Assembly (NCBI GenBank): GCA_963779415.1 | Contig: CAVZYA010000001.1 | Coordinates: 608,001 to 672,000, forward strand | DNA: 64,000 nt | Reading direction: 5' to 3' | Source: an uncultured Acidobacteriota bacterium | Lineage (GTDB): Bacteria > Acidobacteriota > Thermoanaerobaculia > UBA5066 | Shown: positions 20,318 to 31,443 of the stretch, one piece after another | How the letters are laid out: each line of letters starts with the position of its first letter | Position numbering within the stretch: position 1 is the first letter of the stretch | Program-made: the position numbers and the translations under genes | The notes under the pieces: generated by a model | What the model saw: the letters and a program-made list of their open reading frames with translations, nothing else | Told to the model about the DNA's origin: nothing | Database searches by the model: none

Positions 20318-21767
20318 GCAGCCCGAACCCCCTCCTCGACGAGCTCGCCCGGCAGGAGTACAAGCACGGCTTCGTCTCGGCGATCGAGTCCGACGTGATT
20401 CCCGCGGGGCTCTCCGAGGAGGTCGTCCGGCTGATCTCCCGGAAGAAGGGAGAGCCCGAGTGGCTCCTCGAGTGGCGCCTCAAGGCCTTCCGGCACTGGC
20501 TCACGATGGAGGAGCCGACCTGGGCGAAGGTCCACTACCCCGCCATCGACTACCAGAAGATCATCTACTACGCGGCCCCCAGGTCGGTCGACGAGAAGCG
20601 TCCGAAGAGCCTCGCCGAGGTCGACCCCGAGCTCCTCGCCATGTACGAGAAGCTCGGCGTGCCGCTCAAGGAGAGGGAGATCCTCGCCGGCGTCGCGGTC
20701 GACGCCGTCTTCGACTCCGTCTCCGTCGCGACGACTTTCCGGGAGAAGCTGAAGGAGATGGGGGTCATCTTCTGCTCCTTCTCCGAGGCGGTGAGGGAGT
20801 ACCCGGACCTCGTCCGGAAGTACCTCGGCTCCGTCGTCCCCTACACCGACAACTTCTTCGCGACGCTCAACTCGGCGGTCTTCTCGGACGGCTCGTTCTG
20901 CTACATCCCGAAGGGCGTCCGCTGCCCGATGGAGCTGTCGACCTACTTCCGGATCAATCAGGCCGACACCGGCCAGTTCGAGCGGACGCTCATCGTCGCG
21001 GACGACGGGCGCCACCGTCAGCTACCTCGAGGGGTGCACGGCCCCGAAGCGGGACAGGAACCAGCTCCACGCCGCCGTCGTCGAGCTCGTGGCCCTCGAC
21101 GACGCCCGGATCAAGTACTCCACCGTCCAGAACTGGTACCCGGGCGACAAGGAAGGGAAGGGGGGCATCTACAACTTCGTCACGAAGCGCGGGAAGTGCG
21201 CCGGGCGCCGGTCGAAGATCTCCTGGACGCAGGTGGAGACGGGCTCGGCCATCACCTGGAAGTACCCGAGCTGCCTCCTCCTCGGCGACGACTCCGTCGG
21301 CGAGTTCTACTCCGTCGCCGTGACGGCCAACTTCCAGCAGGCCGATACCGGGACGAAGATGATCCACGTCGGGAAGAACACGCGCTCGACGATCGTCTCG
21401 AAGGGGATCTCCGCCGGACACGGACAGAACACCTACCGCGGGGCCGTCGTCGATCCAGAAGGGCGCGCAAGGCGCCCGCAACTACTCGCAGTGCGACTCG
21501 CTCCTCATCGGCGACAAGTGCGGCGCCCACACCTTTCCCTACATCGAGGTGAAGAACTCCTCGGCCACGCTCGAGCACGAGGCCTCCACGTCGAAGATCG
21601 GCGAGGACCAGCTCTTCTACTGCACCCAGCGCGGCCTCTCGGCCGAGGACGCCGTCTCGATGATCGTGAACGGCTTCGCGAGGCGCGTCATCAAGGAGCT
21701 GCCGATGGAGTTCGCGGTCGAAGCCCAGAAACTGCTGGGAGTGAGCCTCGAAGGAGCGGTCGGATGA
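20314..21767 (+). CDS. sufB: Fe-S cluster assembly protein SufB (frameshifts near 21010 and 21450)
   Basis: [62 protein letters not shown]. Confidence 0.95.
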
Positions 21768-22560
21768 AGACCCCTCTTCTCGAGGTCCGGAACCTGCACG
21801 CCGCGATCGCCGAGGACGGCCACCGAGATCCTCAACGGGATCGACCTCGTCATCCGCCCCGGCGAGGTGCACGCCGTCATGGGGCCCAACGGCTCGGGGA
21901 AGAGCACGCTCGCCCACGTCCTCGCCGGGCGCCCCGGCTACGCGGTGACGGAAGGCGAGGTCCTCTTCGAGGGAAAGGACCTCCTCGCTCTCGCCCCGGA
22001 GGTCCGGGCGCGCGAAGGGATCTTCCTGGCCTTCCAGTACCCCGTCGAGATCCCGGGGGTCTCGAACACGTACTTCCTCCGGACGGCCGTGAACGCCGTC
22101 CGTAAGCACCGCGGCCTGCCGGAGCTGGACGCCATGGACTTCCTCTCCCTCCTCGACGAGAAGGCGAAGCTCGTCGAGATGGAGGAGCGGATGCTGGAGC
22201 GCGGTCGTGAACGAGGGCTTCTCGGGAGGCGAGAAGAAGCGGAACGAGATCCTGCAGATGGCGATCCTCGACCCGCGGCTCGCGATCCTCGACGAGACCG
22301 ACTCGGGGCTGGACATCGACGCGCTCCGCGTCGTCGCCTCGGGCGTGAACGCGCTCCGGAGCCCCGAGCGCGGAATGCTCCTCATCACCCACTACCAGAG
22401 GCTCCTCTCCTACATCGTCCCCGACGTCGTCCACGTCCTCGCCGAGGGGCGGATCGTCCGGAGTGGCGGCAAGGAGCTGGCCCTCGAGCTGGAGGAGAAG
22501 GGCTACGCCTGGCTCGGGACCGGGGCGTCCGTCGGGCCCGGAGGCGCGGAGGCCCGATGA
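21764..22560 (+). CDS. sufC: Fe-S cluster assembly ATPase SufC (frameshifts near 21820 and 22205)
   Basis: [52 protein letters not shown]. Confidence 0.95.
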
Positions 22561-23943
22561 CGACGGCGAGCCCGCGACGCGCCGGCGTCGACTCCATCCT
22601 CGCGCGCGGTGAGCAGCTCCTCCGGAGCGAGGGGGGAAAGGCCCCGCTCTTCCTCCGGCGCCTTCGCGAGGAGGGGCTCGCCGCCTTCGGCCGGCTCGGG
22701 TTCCCGGCGGCCGGCGACGAGGAGTGGCGATACACGAACGTCGCGCCGATCGCCGAAGGAGCCTTCGTCGCCCTCTGCCGCGGCGATCTCCGCACGCGAG
22801 CGCGCCGAGGAGCGCGGGCACCTCCTCGCCCTCGACGGGCGCCTCGGACCGATCGCCTTTTCGGATCGGAGGAAGACGCAGCTCGTCTTCGTGAATGGCC
22901 GGTTCGCCGCGGAGCATTCCTCCGTGGAGGGGCTCCCGGACGGAGTCCGGTTCGAGCCCCTCTCCTCCGCGCTCGAGAAGGAGCCTCACCTCCTCGAGGA
23001 GCACCTCGGCCGGTACGCCCGCCCCGACGACCACCCCTTCGTCGCCCTCAACACGGCTCACCTTCGGGACGGCGTCCTCCTCCACGTCCCGCGCGGCGTC
23101 GCCGTCGAGACTCCCCTCTTCGTCTACTGGGTGACGACCGGTGTCGCGTCGCCCTCCCTCGCCACCTCGCCGCGGACGCTCGCGATCCTCGCCGAGAGGG
23201 CGGAGGCCCGTGTCGTCGAGGCCTTCGTCGGAACCGGGGGCCCCGCCTTCGTGAACGCCGTCACGGAGGCCTCTCTCGCCGAGGGCGCGCACCTCGACCA
23301 CGCCACGCTCCAGCGCGAGGGGCCCGGGACGCTCCACATCGGGAACCTGCGCGTCGTCCAGGCCGGCGGGAGCCACTCCCGGACCCATCTCTTCTCGTTC
23401 GGCGGGGCGCTCGTGAGGAACGAGCTCTCGGTCCTCCTCGACGGCGAGGGGGCGGGAACGGCCCTGAACGGCCTCGCCTGCGTCTCGGGCTCCCAGCACG
23501 TCGACAACCACACCCTCATCGACCACGCGCGGCCGCACGGGACGAGCGTGGAGTACTACAAGGAGATCCTCGACGGCTCCGCACGCGGCGCGTTCGACGG
23601 GCGGATCGTCGTCCGGCCGAGCGCGCAGGCGACCGACGCACGCCAGACGAACCGCAATCTCGTCCTCTCGGACACGGCGAGGATCGACTCCAAGCCCCAG
23701 CTCGAGATCTACAACAACGACGTGAAGTGCTCGCACGGCTCCACGACGGGGCGCCTCGACGAGACGATGCTCTTCTACCTCCGCTCGCGCGGCCTCGGCG
23801 AGGCCGAGGCGCGGTCGCTCCTCATCTTCGCGTTCGGAAGCGAGATGGCGGAGAGGGTCGTGGAGAGCGACCTCCGCGCCTATCTCGAGGCCTCGCTCCT
23901 CTCGTGGCTCTCGCACGCGAACCCGGCTCCGGAGGGCGCATGA
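22557..23943 (+). CDS. sufD: Fe-S cluster assembly protein SufD (frameshift near 22780)
   Basis: [33 protein letters not shown]. Confidence 0.93.
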
Positions 23944-25196
23944 GCGACGCCCCGGCCCTCCTCGCTCCCCTCGCGCGGCTCGACGTAGGGAAGATCCGGG
24001 CCGACTTCCCGATCCTCGCTACCCGCTCGCACGGCAAGCCTCTCGTCTACCTCGACAGCGCGAACACGTCGCAGAAGCCCGCCGCGGTGATCGAGGCGAC
24101 GCGACGTTTCTACGCCGAGGAGAACGCGAACATCCACCGGTCGACCTACGCCCTTTCGGAGAAGGCGACGGCCGTCTACGAAGGGGCCCGCGAGGAGGTC
24201 CGCCGCTTCGTCGGCGCGGCCGAGACGAAGGAGATCGTCTTCGTCCGCGGAGCGACCGAAGCGATCAACCTCGTCGCGACGAGCTTCGGGCAGGCCTTCG
24301 TTCGCGAGGGGGACGAGATCCTCCTGACGGGGCTCGAGCACCATTCGAACATCGTCCCGTGGCAGCTTCTCTGCGAGCGGAGCGCCGCCTCCCTCCGCGT
24401 CCTCCCGATCACCGACAGGGGCGAGCTCAGGCTGGACGAGCTGCCGCGCCTCCTGACGAAGCGGACGAAGCTCCTCGCCCTCTCCCACGTCTCGAACGCC
24501 CTCGGGACGATCAACCCCGTGAAGGAGATCGTCGCCATGGCGCACGGGCAGGGCGTCCCCGTCCTCGTGGACGGCGCGCAGGCCGTGCCGCACCTCCCCG
24601 TCGACGTCCGGGACCTCGACTGCGACTTCTACGCCTTTTCGAGCCACAAGATGTACGGGCCGACGGGGATCGGCGTCCTCTACGGGAAGCGCTCGTGGCT
24701 CGAGAAGATGCCGCCGTACCAGGGGGGCGGCGACATGATCTCTTCCGTCACGTTCGAGAAGACGACCTACAACTCCCTCCCGTGGAAGTTCGAGGCCGGG
24801 ACCTCGAACCTCGCCGGCGCCGCCGGCCTCGCGGCCGCGGTCGCATGGCTCTCGAACGTCGGCCTTCCGGCCGCGGCCTCCCACGAGCACGACCTCCTCG
24901 TCTACGCGACCGATCGGCTCCTGGAGATCCCGGGCCTCCGGATCTTCGGAACGGCACCCAGGAAGGCCGCCGTCATCTCCTTCCTCCTCGGCGACGTCCA
25001 CCCCCACGACGTGGGGACGATCCTCGACGAGGAAGGGATCTGCATCCGGACCGGCCAGCACTGCGCCCAGCCCGTGATGGACCGCTTCGGCATCCCGGCC
25101 ACCGCGCGCGCGAGTTTCGGCGTCTACAACAGACGCGAGGACGTGGACGCCCTCGCGGAGGGCCTGCGGAAGGTGCGGGAGGTCTTCGGCGGATGA
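23940..25196 (+). CDS. sufS: Cysteine desulfurase SufS
   Basis: RADFPIL, YLDSANTSQKP, EHHSNIVPW, SSHKMYGPTGIG, RTGQHCAQP. Confidence 0.95.
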   Translation: MSDAPALLAPLARLDVGKIRADFPILATRSHGKPLVYLDSANTSQKPAAVIEATRRFYAEENANIHRSTYALSEKATAVYEGAREEVRRFVGAAETKEIVFVRGATEAINLVATSFGQAFVREGDEILLTGLEHHSNIVPWQLLCERSAASLRVLPITDRGELRLDELPRLLTKRTKLLALSHVSNALGTINPVKEIVAMAHGQGVPVLVDGAQAVPHLPVDVRDLDCDFYAFSSHKMYGPTGIGVLYGKRSWLEKMPPYQGGGDMISSVTFEKTTYNSLPWKFEAGTSNLAGAAGLAAAVAWLSNVGLPAAASHEHDLLVYATDRLLEIPGLRIFGTAPRKAAVISFLLGDVHPHDVGTILDEEGICIRTGQHCAQPVMDRFGIPATARASFGVYNRREDVDALAEGLRKVREVFGG

Positions 25197-25651
25197 CGGA
25201 CCTGCGCGAGCTCTACCAGCAGGTCATCCTCGACCACAACAAGTCGCCCCACAACTACCGGACGATCGAGGGAGCGGACCGGATCTCCGTCGGCCACAAC
25301 CCGGTCTGCGGCGACCGGCTCTCGCTCTTCGTGAAGCTCGACGGCGACCGGATCGTCGACGTGGCGTTCCAGGGCTCCGGCTGCGCCATCTCAAAGGCCT
25401 CGGCTTCGCTGATGACCGACAGCGTCAAGGGAAAGACGCTCGCCGAGGCGGAGGCGCTCTACGGGAGGTTCCACGCTCTTCTGACCGGGCCTCCCGATGT
25501 GAAGGCGGATCCGGAGACGGTCCGGTCGCTCGGGAAGCTCGCCGTCTTCTCGGGCGTCCGGGAGTTCCCGGTCCGCGTCAAGTGCGCCACCCTCTCGTGG
25601 CACGCGCTGGAGGCCGCCTTGAAGAACGAGGCCGCGGTCTCGACGGAGTGA
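25193..25651 (+). CDS. sufU: SUF system NifU-family protein SufU
   Basis: LYQQVILDH, NPVCGD, GCAISKASAS, RVKCATL. Confidence 0.93.
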   Translation: MTDLRELYQQVILDHNKSPHNYRTIEGADRISVGHNPVCGDRLSLFVKLDGDRIVDVAFQGSGCAISKASASLMTDSVKGKTLAEAEALYGRFHALLTGPPDVKADPETVRSLGKLAVFSGVREFPVRVKCATLSWHALEAALKNEAAVSTE

Positions 25652-25653
25652 CG

Positions 25654-26001
25654 ATGGAAAGCGCCCTTCCCTCCACGCCTCCTCCGTCCGACGAGCGGAA
25701 GGCGCTCGAGACGCGCGTCATCGAAGAGGCGCTGAAGAAGTGCTTCGACCCCGAGATCCCGGTGAACATCTGGGACCTCGGACTCATCTACTCCGTCGAC
25801 GTCTCGCCCGAGCACGACGTGACGGTCCGGATGACGCTCACCGCGCCCGCCTGCCCCGTCGCCGGGACTCTTCCCGGAGAGGTGGAGTCGAAGGTCCTCG
25901 CCCTCCCCGGCATCCGCTCCGCGAAGGTCGAGCTCGTCTGGGAGCCGCCGTGGCACCCGGACATGATGTCCCGCCTCGCGAAGGTGATGCTCGGAATGTA
26001 G
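25654..26001 (+). CDS. sufT: DUF59/SufT Fe-S assembly protein
   Basis: DPEIPVNIWDLGLIY, MTLTAPACP, VWEPPW..DMMS. Confidence 0.88.
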   Translation: MESALPSTPPPSDERKALETRVIEEALKKCFDPEIPVNIWDLGLIYSVDVSPEHDVTVRMTLTAPACPVAGTLPGEVESKVLALPGIRSAKVELVWEPPWHPDMMSRLAKVMLGM

Positions 26002-26069
26002 CGGAAGCTCTCGTCGTTTCGTCCGGCTTTCCGGGCGCAAACCGCGCCGATTCATGCTGAAATCGTGGG

Positions 26070-27371
26070 GTGTCGTTTCTTCCCCTCCTCATTGCGGCCG
26101 TCCTTGCGGCCGCAGCGCCCGCCTCCCCCGCGCTCCCCGCTCCCCTGACGATCGAACAGGCTCTCGCCGAAGCCCAGGCCGCCAACGCCCGTCTCCCGGT
26201 CGCCGCCCTCTCCGTCGACATCGCCAACGAGCGGACGCGGGAGGCCTCCGCCGAGAAGTGGCTGAAGGTGGCGGCCGTCGGCGACTTCGTCTACCCGTCG
26301 GGATACGATCCCATTCTGACGAATCTCGGCGAATCCCGGCTCCAGGTCGGAATGCGTCAGCCGATCTACGACGGCGGGGCGCTTCGTGCCGCGGAGACGA
26401 AAGCCGAGGCTCAGGCCGCAGCCGCCGGAGCGCGATACCGGATCTCACGGGTCGACGTCGAGCTGGAGGTCCGAACCGCCTTCAGCGAGGTCCTGGAAGC
26501 GGAGGACGAGATCACCGCACTGCGGGAGGGGCTCGAGCGGCTCCGGAACTATCGCCTCTCAGTCCGGAGCCGGCAGGCGGAGGGACAGGGGGTCACGGCG
26601 GATCTTCTCCGGACGGATGTTCGCGTCGCAGGCGCCGAGTCGGATCTCGTCGATGCCGAGCGGCGTCTCGACGAGGCCCGGATGACACTCAACGATCTCA
26701 TCGGCCGGGAGCCCGCCTTACCGCTCCGTCTGGCCCCCCTCCCCCCTCCGGCGCCCCCTGCCGACACCGGAGCCGAGCCGTGGAACCGCGCCCCCGAGCT
26801 GACCGAGTCGCTCGCACTCACGAAAAGCGCCGCCGCCGACCTCACGGCCGCCGACGCCGAGAGGAAGCCCCACCTCCTCGCCGCGGCCGACGTCGGGTTC
26901 CTCGGCTCCGACACGACTCACCTCGTTCCCCCCGACCTGACGGCAACGGATCCGAACGCCAACTTTCTCGACCGCGCCTGGCGCGATTTCGGCTTCTCCC
27001 TCAGTCTCTACCTCTACCTGCCGCTCTGGGATGCCGGAGGGTATCGGGCGCGCGTCCTTCAGGCGCAACAGGCCGTCGACCAGGCCCGGGCCGGAGAGGT
27101 CGCCGCGCGGCGCCACGCGCGCCTCGAGTGGGAGCGGGCGCATGCGGCGCTGGCACGGATCTACGAGCAGATCCGGATCCTCTCGAAGGCCGCTCCCGAC
27201 GCGAGGGACTCGTACCTCGAGGCGGAGAGCCGATATCGTGGAGGCGCGGCCACCTCGCTGGAGGTGCTCGACGCCTACTCGGCGTCGGTCGAAGCGCTCC
27301 TCCGTCTTGCAGACGCCGTCCGCCGGTTTCGCGTAGCGCAGGCGTTGACGCTTCGCTGGGGTGGCCCATGA
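26070..27371 (+). CDS. TolC-family outer membrane efflux protein
   Basis: Signal peptide, LTIEQALAEA, QPIYDGG, LPLWDAG, RYRGG..TSLEVLDA. Confidence 0.88.
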   Translation: MSFLPLLIAAVLAAAAPASPALPAPLTIEQALAEAQAANARLPVAALSVDIANERTREASAEKWLKVAAVGDFVYPSGYDPILTNLGESRLQVGMRQPIYDGGALRAAETKAEAQAAAAGARYRISRVDVELEVRTAFSEVLEAEDEITALREGLERLRNYRLSVRSRQAEGQGVTADLLRTDVRVAGAESDLVDAERRLDEARMTLNDLIGREPALPLRLAPLPPPAPPADTGAEPWNRAPELTESLALTKSAAADLTAADAERKPHLLAAADVGFLGSDTTHLVPPDLTATDPNANFLDRAWRDFGFSLSLYLYLPLWDAGGYRARVLQAQQAVDQARAGEVAARRHARLEWERAHAALARIYEQIRILSKAAPDARDSYLEAESRYRGGAATSLEVLDAYSASVEALLRLADAVRRFRVAQALTLRWGGP

Positions 27372-28366
27372 GGGTTGCGGGCGCCCTGGCCGTCGCGGGC
27401 CTCCTCGTCCTCGCGAGCGGCTGCGGCAAGGGCGAAGCAGAAACCTCGCCGGAAAAGAGCCGGACCGCGGAGGCGCCCGCCCGCTCCGGGACGCCCGTGC
27501 GCGTGGCCGCCGTCGCGAAGGCCGATCTGCCCGAGATCCTCACGGGACCGGGCAGGACCGTCGCGATCGTCCGCCAGCAGGTCCGGGTTCCGTTCGCGAG
27601 CACGCTCGAGGATCTCAAGGTGACGGACGGCGACACGGTCCGGAGAGGCGACGTTCTCGGTTCGGTCGTCTCACGCGAGAGCGAGGCGGCCCTTTCGGGC
27701 GCGAGGGAGATGGCCCGCGACGCCCGCACGCCGGCCGAGAAGAGCGATGCCGCCCGCGCCCTCGAGCTCGCCGAGAGGACGCTCGTCCGGCTCCCTCTCC
27801 GGAGCGCCGTGGACGGCGTCGTGGTCTCTCACGCGGCGAGCCCGGGAGACCGGCTCTCCGAAGGCCAGGAGGTCCTGACCCTCTCGGCCGCCGACTCGAT
27901 CGTCTTCGTGGCCGACGTCCCGCAGGGCGACGTGACCCGGGTCCGGCCCGGCCAGGCGGTCACGATCGCGTTCGTGGGCCGGAAGGAGACGGTTCCGGGG
28001 CGTCTGCACGACGTTCTCCCGGCGGCCAACCCGGCCGACCTGACGGTTCCCGTCCGGATCGACTTCGGCCCGAAGGATCTCCGGCTTCCGGTCGGCCTCT
28101 TCGGGACGGCGCGCATTCTGGTGGGAGAACGCCGGAGCGTCATGGTCGTTCCGTCGGCCGCCGTTCTTCGGGACGACGTCACCGGCTCGACGCGGATCGC
28201 GACCGTCACGCCGGACGGAAAGGCCCACTGGATCGAGATCCGGACAGGCCTCTCCGACGGCATCGTCACCGAGATCCTGGACCATGCGCTCGCCGTGAAG
28301 CAGGCCGTGATCGTCTCGGGACAGACCGGCCTTCCCGAAGGAGCGGCGGTCGTCGTGGCGCCATGA
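27368..28366 (+). CDS. RND periplasmic adaptor (MFP), lipoprotein
   Basis: ASGC lipobox, GDTVRRGDVL, SAVDGVV, LPVGLFG, GLSDG. Confidence 0.88.
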   Translation: MRVAGALAVAGLLVLASGCGKGEAETSPEKSRTAEAPARSGTPVRVAAVAKADLPEILTGPGRTVAIVRQQVRVPFASTLEDLKVTDGDTVRRGDVLGSVVSRESEAALSGAREMARDARTPAEKSDAARALELAERTLVRLPLRSAVDGVVVSHAASPGDRLSEGQEVLTLSAADSIVFVADVPQGDVTRVRPGQAVTIAFVGRKETVPGRLHDVLPAANPADLTVPVRIDFGPKDLRLPVGLFGTARILVGERRSVMVVPSAAVLRDDVTGSTRIATVTPDGKAHWIEIRTGLSDGIVTEILDHALAVKQAVIVSGQTGLPEGAAVVVAP

Positions 28367-31300
28367 GGCTCCCCCGTCCTTCCCGAGGGAGCCCCGCCGC
28401 GATCTTCCTCCTCGTCGGGATCTTGTCGGCGGCGGGCGTCCTGCTCGCCACCCATCTCCCGGCGGCCATCTTCCCGGCCGTGACCTTCCCGATCGTCAAG
28501 GTGATCACCGACGCCGGGGAGGAGCCCGCGTCGCGGATGATGCCGGCCGTCACGCGCCCGCTCGAGGAGGCGATCCACCGCGTTCCCGGGCGTCCGGCGA
28601 GTCCTGTCGGCCACGTCGCGCGGCTCGATCGGAGATCAGCGCCGAGTTCGCCTGGGGCACCGACATGCAGGTCGCGTTGCAGCGCGTCGAGGCCGAGGTG
28701 GCCAGCGGATCCGCCCCGACCTCCCCGCCGACGCCCGGATCGACGTCGAGTGGATGAACACGGCCGATCTTCCCGATCCTCGGCTACGCGCTCACGTCCG
28801 ACACGCGGTCGCAGGCGGACCTCTGGGAGCTCGCCGAGTACACGCTGAAGCCGGAGCTGATCCGGGTCCCGGGCGTCTCGCGAGGTGCAGATCCAGGGAG
28901 GGCGGAAGCGGGAGTTCCAGGTCCGGCTCGATCCGGCAGCGCTCGCGGGCGCGAAGTCTCTCCCCCGCGGACGTCGTCGAGGCGATCCGGAAGAACGACG
29001 TGATCCCTCGGCCGGGCTCGTCGAGGCGAACCACGAGCTTTACCTCTCGCTCGTCGACGGTCGCGCGGACGGGCGCGCGGCGCTGGCCGACGATCGCGGT
29101 CCCCGTCGCCGGCGGCGGCGTCCCGGTGCGGCTCGGAGATCTCGGGACGATCGCGGCCGGAGACGCCGTGTCGTACGTCCGGACGACGGCGAACGGCCGC
29201 CCCGCCGTTCTCGTCAACATGATCCAGCAGCCCGCCGGCCAACACGATCGCGATCGCGCGCGGCGGGGATCGACGCGCTTCTCGCCGGCGCCCCGATCTC
29301 ATCCCCAAGGACGTCCGCTGGACGACGTTCTACGACCAGGCGGCGTTCGTCTCCCACTCGGTCCATGGCGTCCGCGACGCGATCGTCATCGGCGTCGTTC
29401 TGGCGGCCTTCGTCGTCCTCCTCTTCCTGCGCCGATTCCGGCCGACGCTGGTGGCCGTCGCGGCGATCCCCGTCTCCGTCGCGCTCGTGATGCTCGGGCT
29501 CGCCGCGACGGGCCAGACGATCAACCTGATGACGCTGGGCGGAATCGCCGCGGCGCTCGGCCTCGTCGTGGACGACGCCATCGTCGTCGTCGAGAACATC
29601 CACCGCCACCGGGAGAGCCGCCTCTCGGAGCCGATCCGGCCCTGAGCGGTCTCGCCGAGATCCTCCCCGCCCTTCTGGCCTCCAGCCTCTCGACGATCGT
29701 CGATCTTCTCCCCTTCGCCCTCCTCACCGGCATCGTCGGGGCCTTCTTCAAGCCGCTCGCGCTGACGATGGCGCTGTCGCTCGGGGTCTCGTACCTCCTC
29801 GCCGCCTTGCCGTCCCGCTCGCAGTGGGCGCGGACCGTCGCCGGAAGTCGCCGGAGCGCCGGCAGGACGCCGCGCCCCTCCGCGTTTCCGCGCGCCTCGC
29901 GCGGCCTTCTTCATCCGGCGCCCGGCTGGGTCGCGCTGGCGTCGCGACGCTGCTGCTCCTCGGCGCCGGCGGCGTTCGCTCTATCGCCCGCATCGGCACC
30001 GATTTCCTTCCGGACGATGGACGAGGGCTCGATCATCCTCGACTACTGGACGCCCGCCCGGAACCTCCCTGACCGACACGGACGCGATGCTCCGCGAGGT
30101 GGAGAAGATCATCGTCTCGCTTCCCGACGTCGAGAGCTACTCGCGGCGCACCGGCACGCAGCTCGGCTTCTTCATCACCGAGCCGAACCGCGGCGACTAC
30201 GTCATCAAGCTGAAGCCGCGGGGCGCCGCCGGCCGGTCGACGACGTCATCGACGAGCTGCGAACGCGGATCGCGGCGGCCGAGCCGGCGCTCCGCACCGA
30301 TTTCGGCCAGCTCCTCGAGGACAACATCGGCGACCTGACGGGCGGCGTGCCGCAGCCGATCGACGTCAAGATCTTCGGCGAGGACCAGACTGTCCTCGCG
30401 GAGAAGGCGCGGCGCGCCGCCGAAGATCGTGGGAGCGTCCGGGGCATCGAGGACGTCTTCGACGGACGGGTCATCGCGGGGCCGGCGCTCGACATCCGCG
30501 TCCGGCCGGGCGAGCTGGCGCGCCACGGTCATGACGACCGAGGACCTCCACGCCGCCGTCGAGCCCGCGCTCGTCGGGACGGTGACGACGAAGACTCCAG
30601 ATCGGGGAGCGTCTCTACGACATCCGCGTCTTCTCGCCGCCGGTCCGGACCTGTCGAATCTGAGCGTCCGGATCCCGTCGGGTGCGCTCCTCCCTCTCCG
30701 GACCCTCGCCACGGTCTCGACGGGCCCCCCCGAGGCGGAGATCGACCGCGAGAACCTCAAGAGCTACCTCGGAGTGACCGGGCGGCTCTCGGGGCGCAGC
30801 CTCGGAGAGGCGATCGAGCGAGATCCGGCGGCGCCTTCGGCGCCGAGCTGCCGCTTCCCCCGGGAATGTCGCTCCGCTTCGGCGGCCTGTACGAGCAGCA
30901 GCAGGCCTCGTTCAAGGAGCTTCTGGGCGTCCTCGCCGCGGGCCTCCTTCTCGTCTCGGTCGTCCTCCTCTTCGACGTTCGGCGACTTTCGCGCGCCGCT
31001 TCTGACCTCCGTCCTCTCGCTGGCCGTTCTCGCCGGAGTCTTCGGCGCGCTCTTCCTCGCCGGCATGACGCTGAACATCTCGAGCTTCGTCGGCGCGATC
31101 ATGATGGTGGGAATCGTCGGCGAGAACGCCGATCTTCGTGATCCACGAGGCGCGTCAGGAGCTTCGCCGCGGCCGAACCGTCCGGGAAGCCTGGACGGAA
31201 GCCGCGACGCGACGTCTCCGTCCGGTCGCCATGACGATCCTGGCGACGGCGTTCGCCCTCTCACCCCTCGCCCTCGCTCTCGGGGAGGGATCGCAGCTTC

Positions 31301-31443
31301 AGCAGCCGCTCGCCGTGGCCGTCATCGGAGGCTTCGTCCTGTCGGGACCGATCGTTCTCCTGCTCCTTCCGGGCCTCTACGCGTGGCTCGACCCGAAGGG
31401 GTGCCTCGCCGGAGCGACAGGAGCCACCCGACGGCGACCGTGA
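28363..31443 (+). CDS. RND efflux permease (CzcA/AcrB-like), heavily frameshifted
   Basis: Fragments: AIFPAVTFP, INLMTLGGIAAALGLVVDDAIVVVENI, DEGSI, RTGTQLG, RRLRPVAMT, QQPLAVAVIGG. Confidence 0.85.

Noticed and set aside
20314-23943. Programmed frameshifting or pseudogenes in sufB/C/D
   Set aside because: No slippery-site pattern, and similar indels occur in unrelated genes; error is the simpler explanation.
21867-25196. 1109-aa ORF suggesting a SufC-SufD-SufS fusion
   Set aside because: It is a mosaic produced by frameshifts; each suf gene has its own start overlapping the previous stop.
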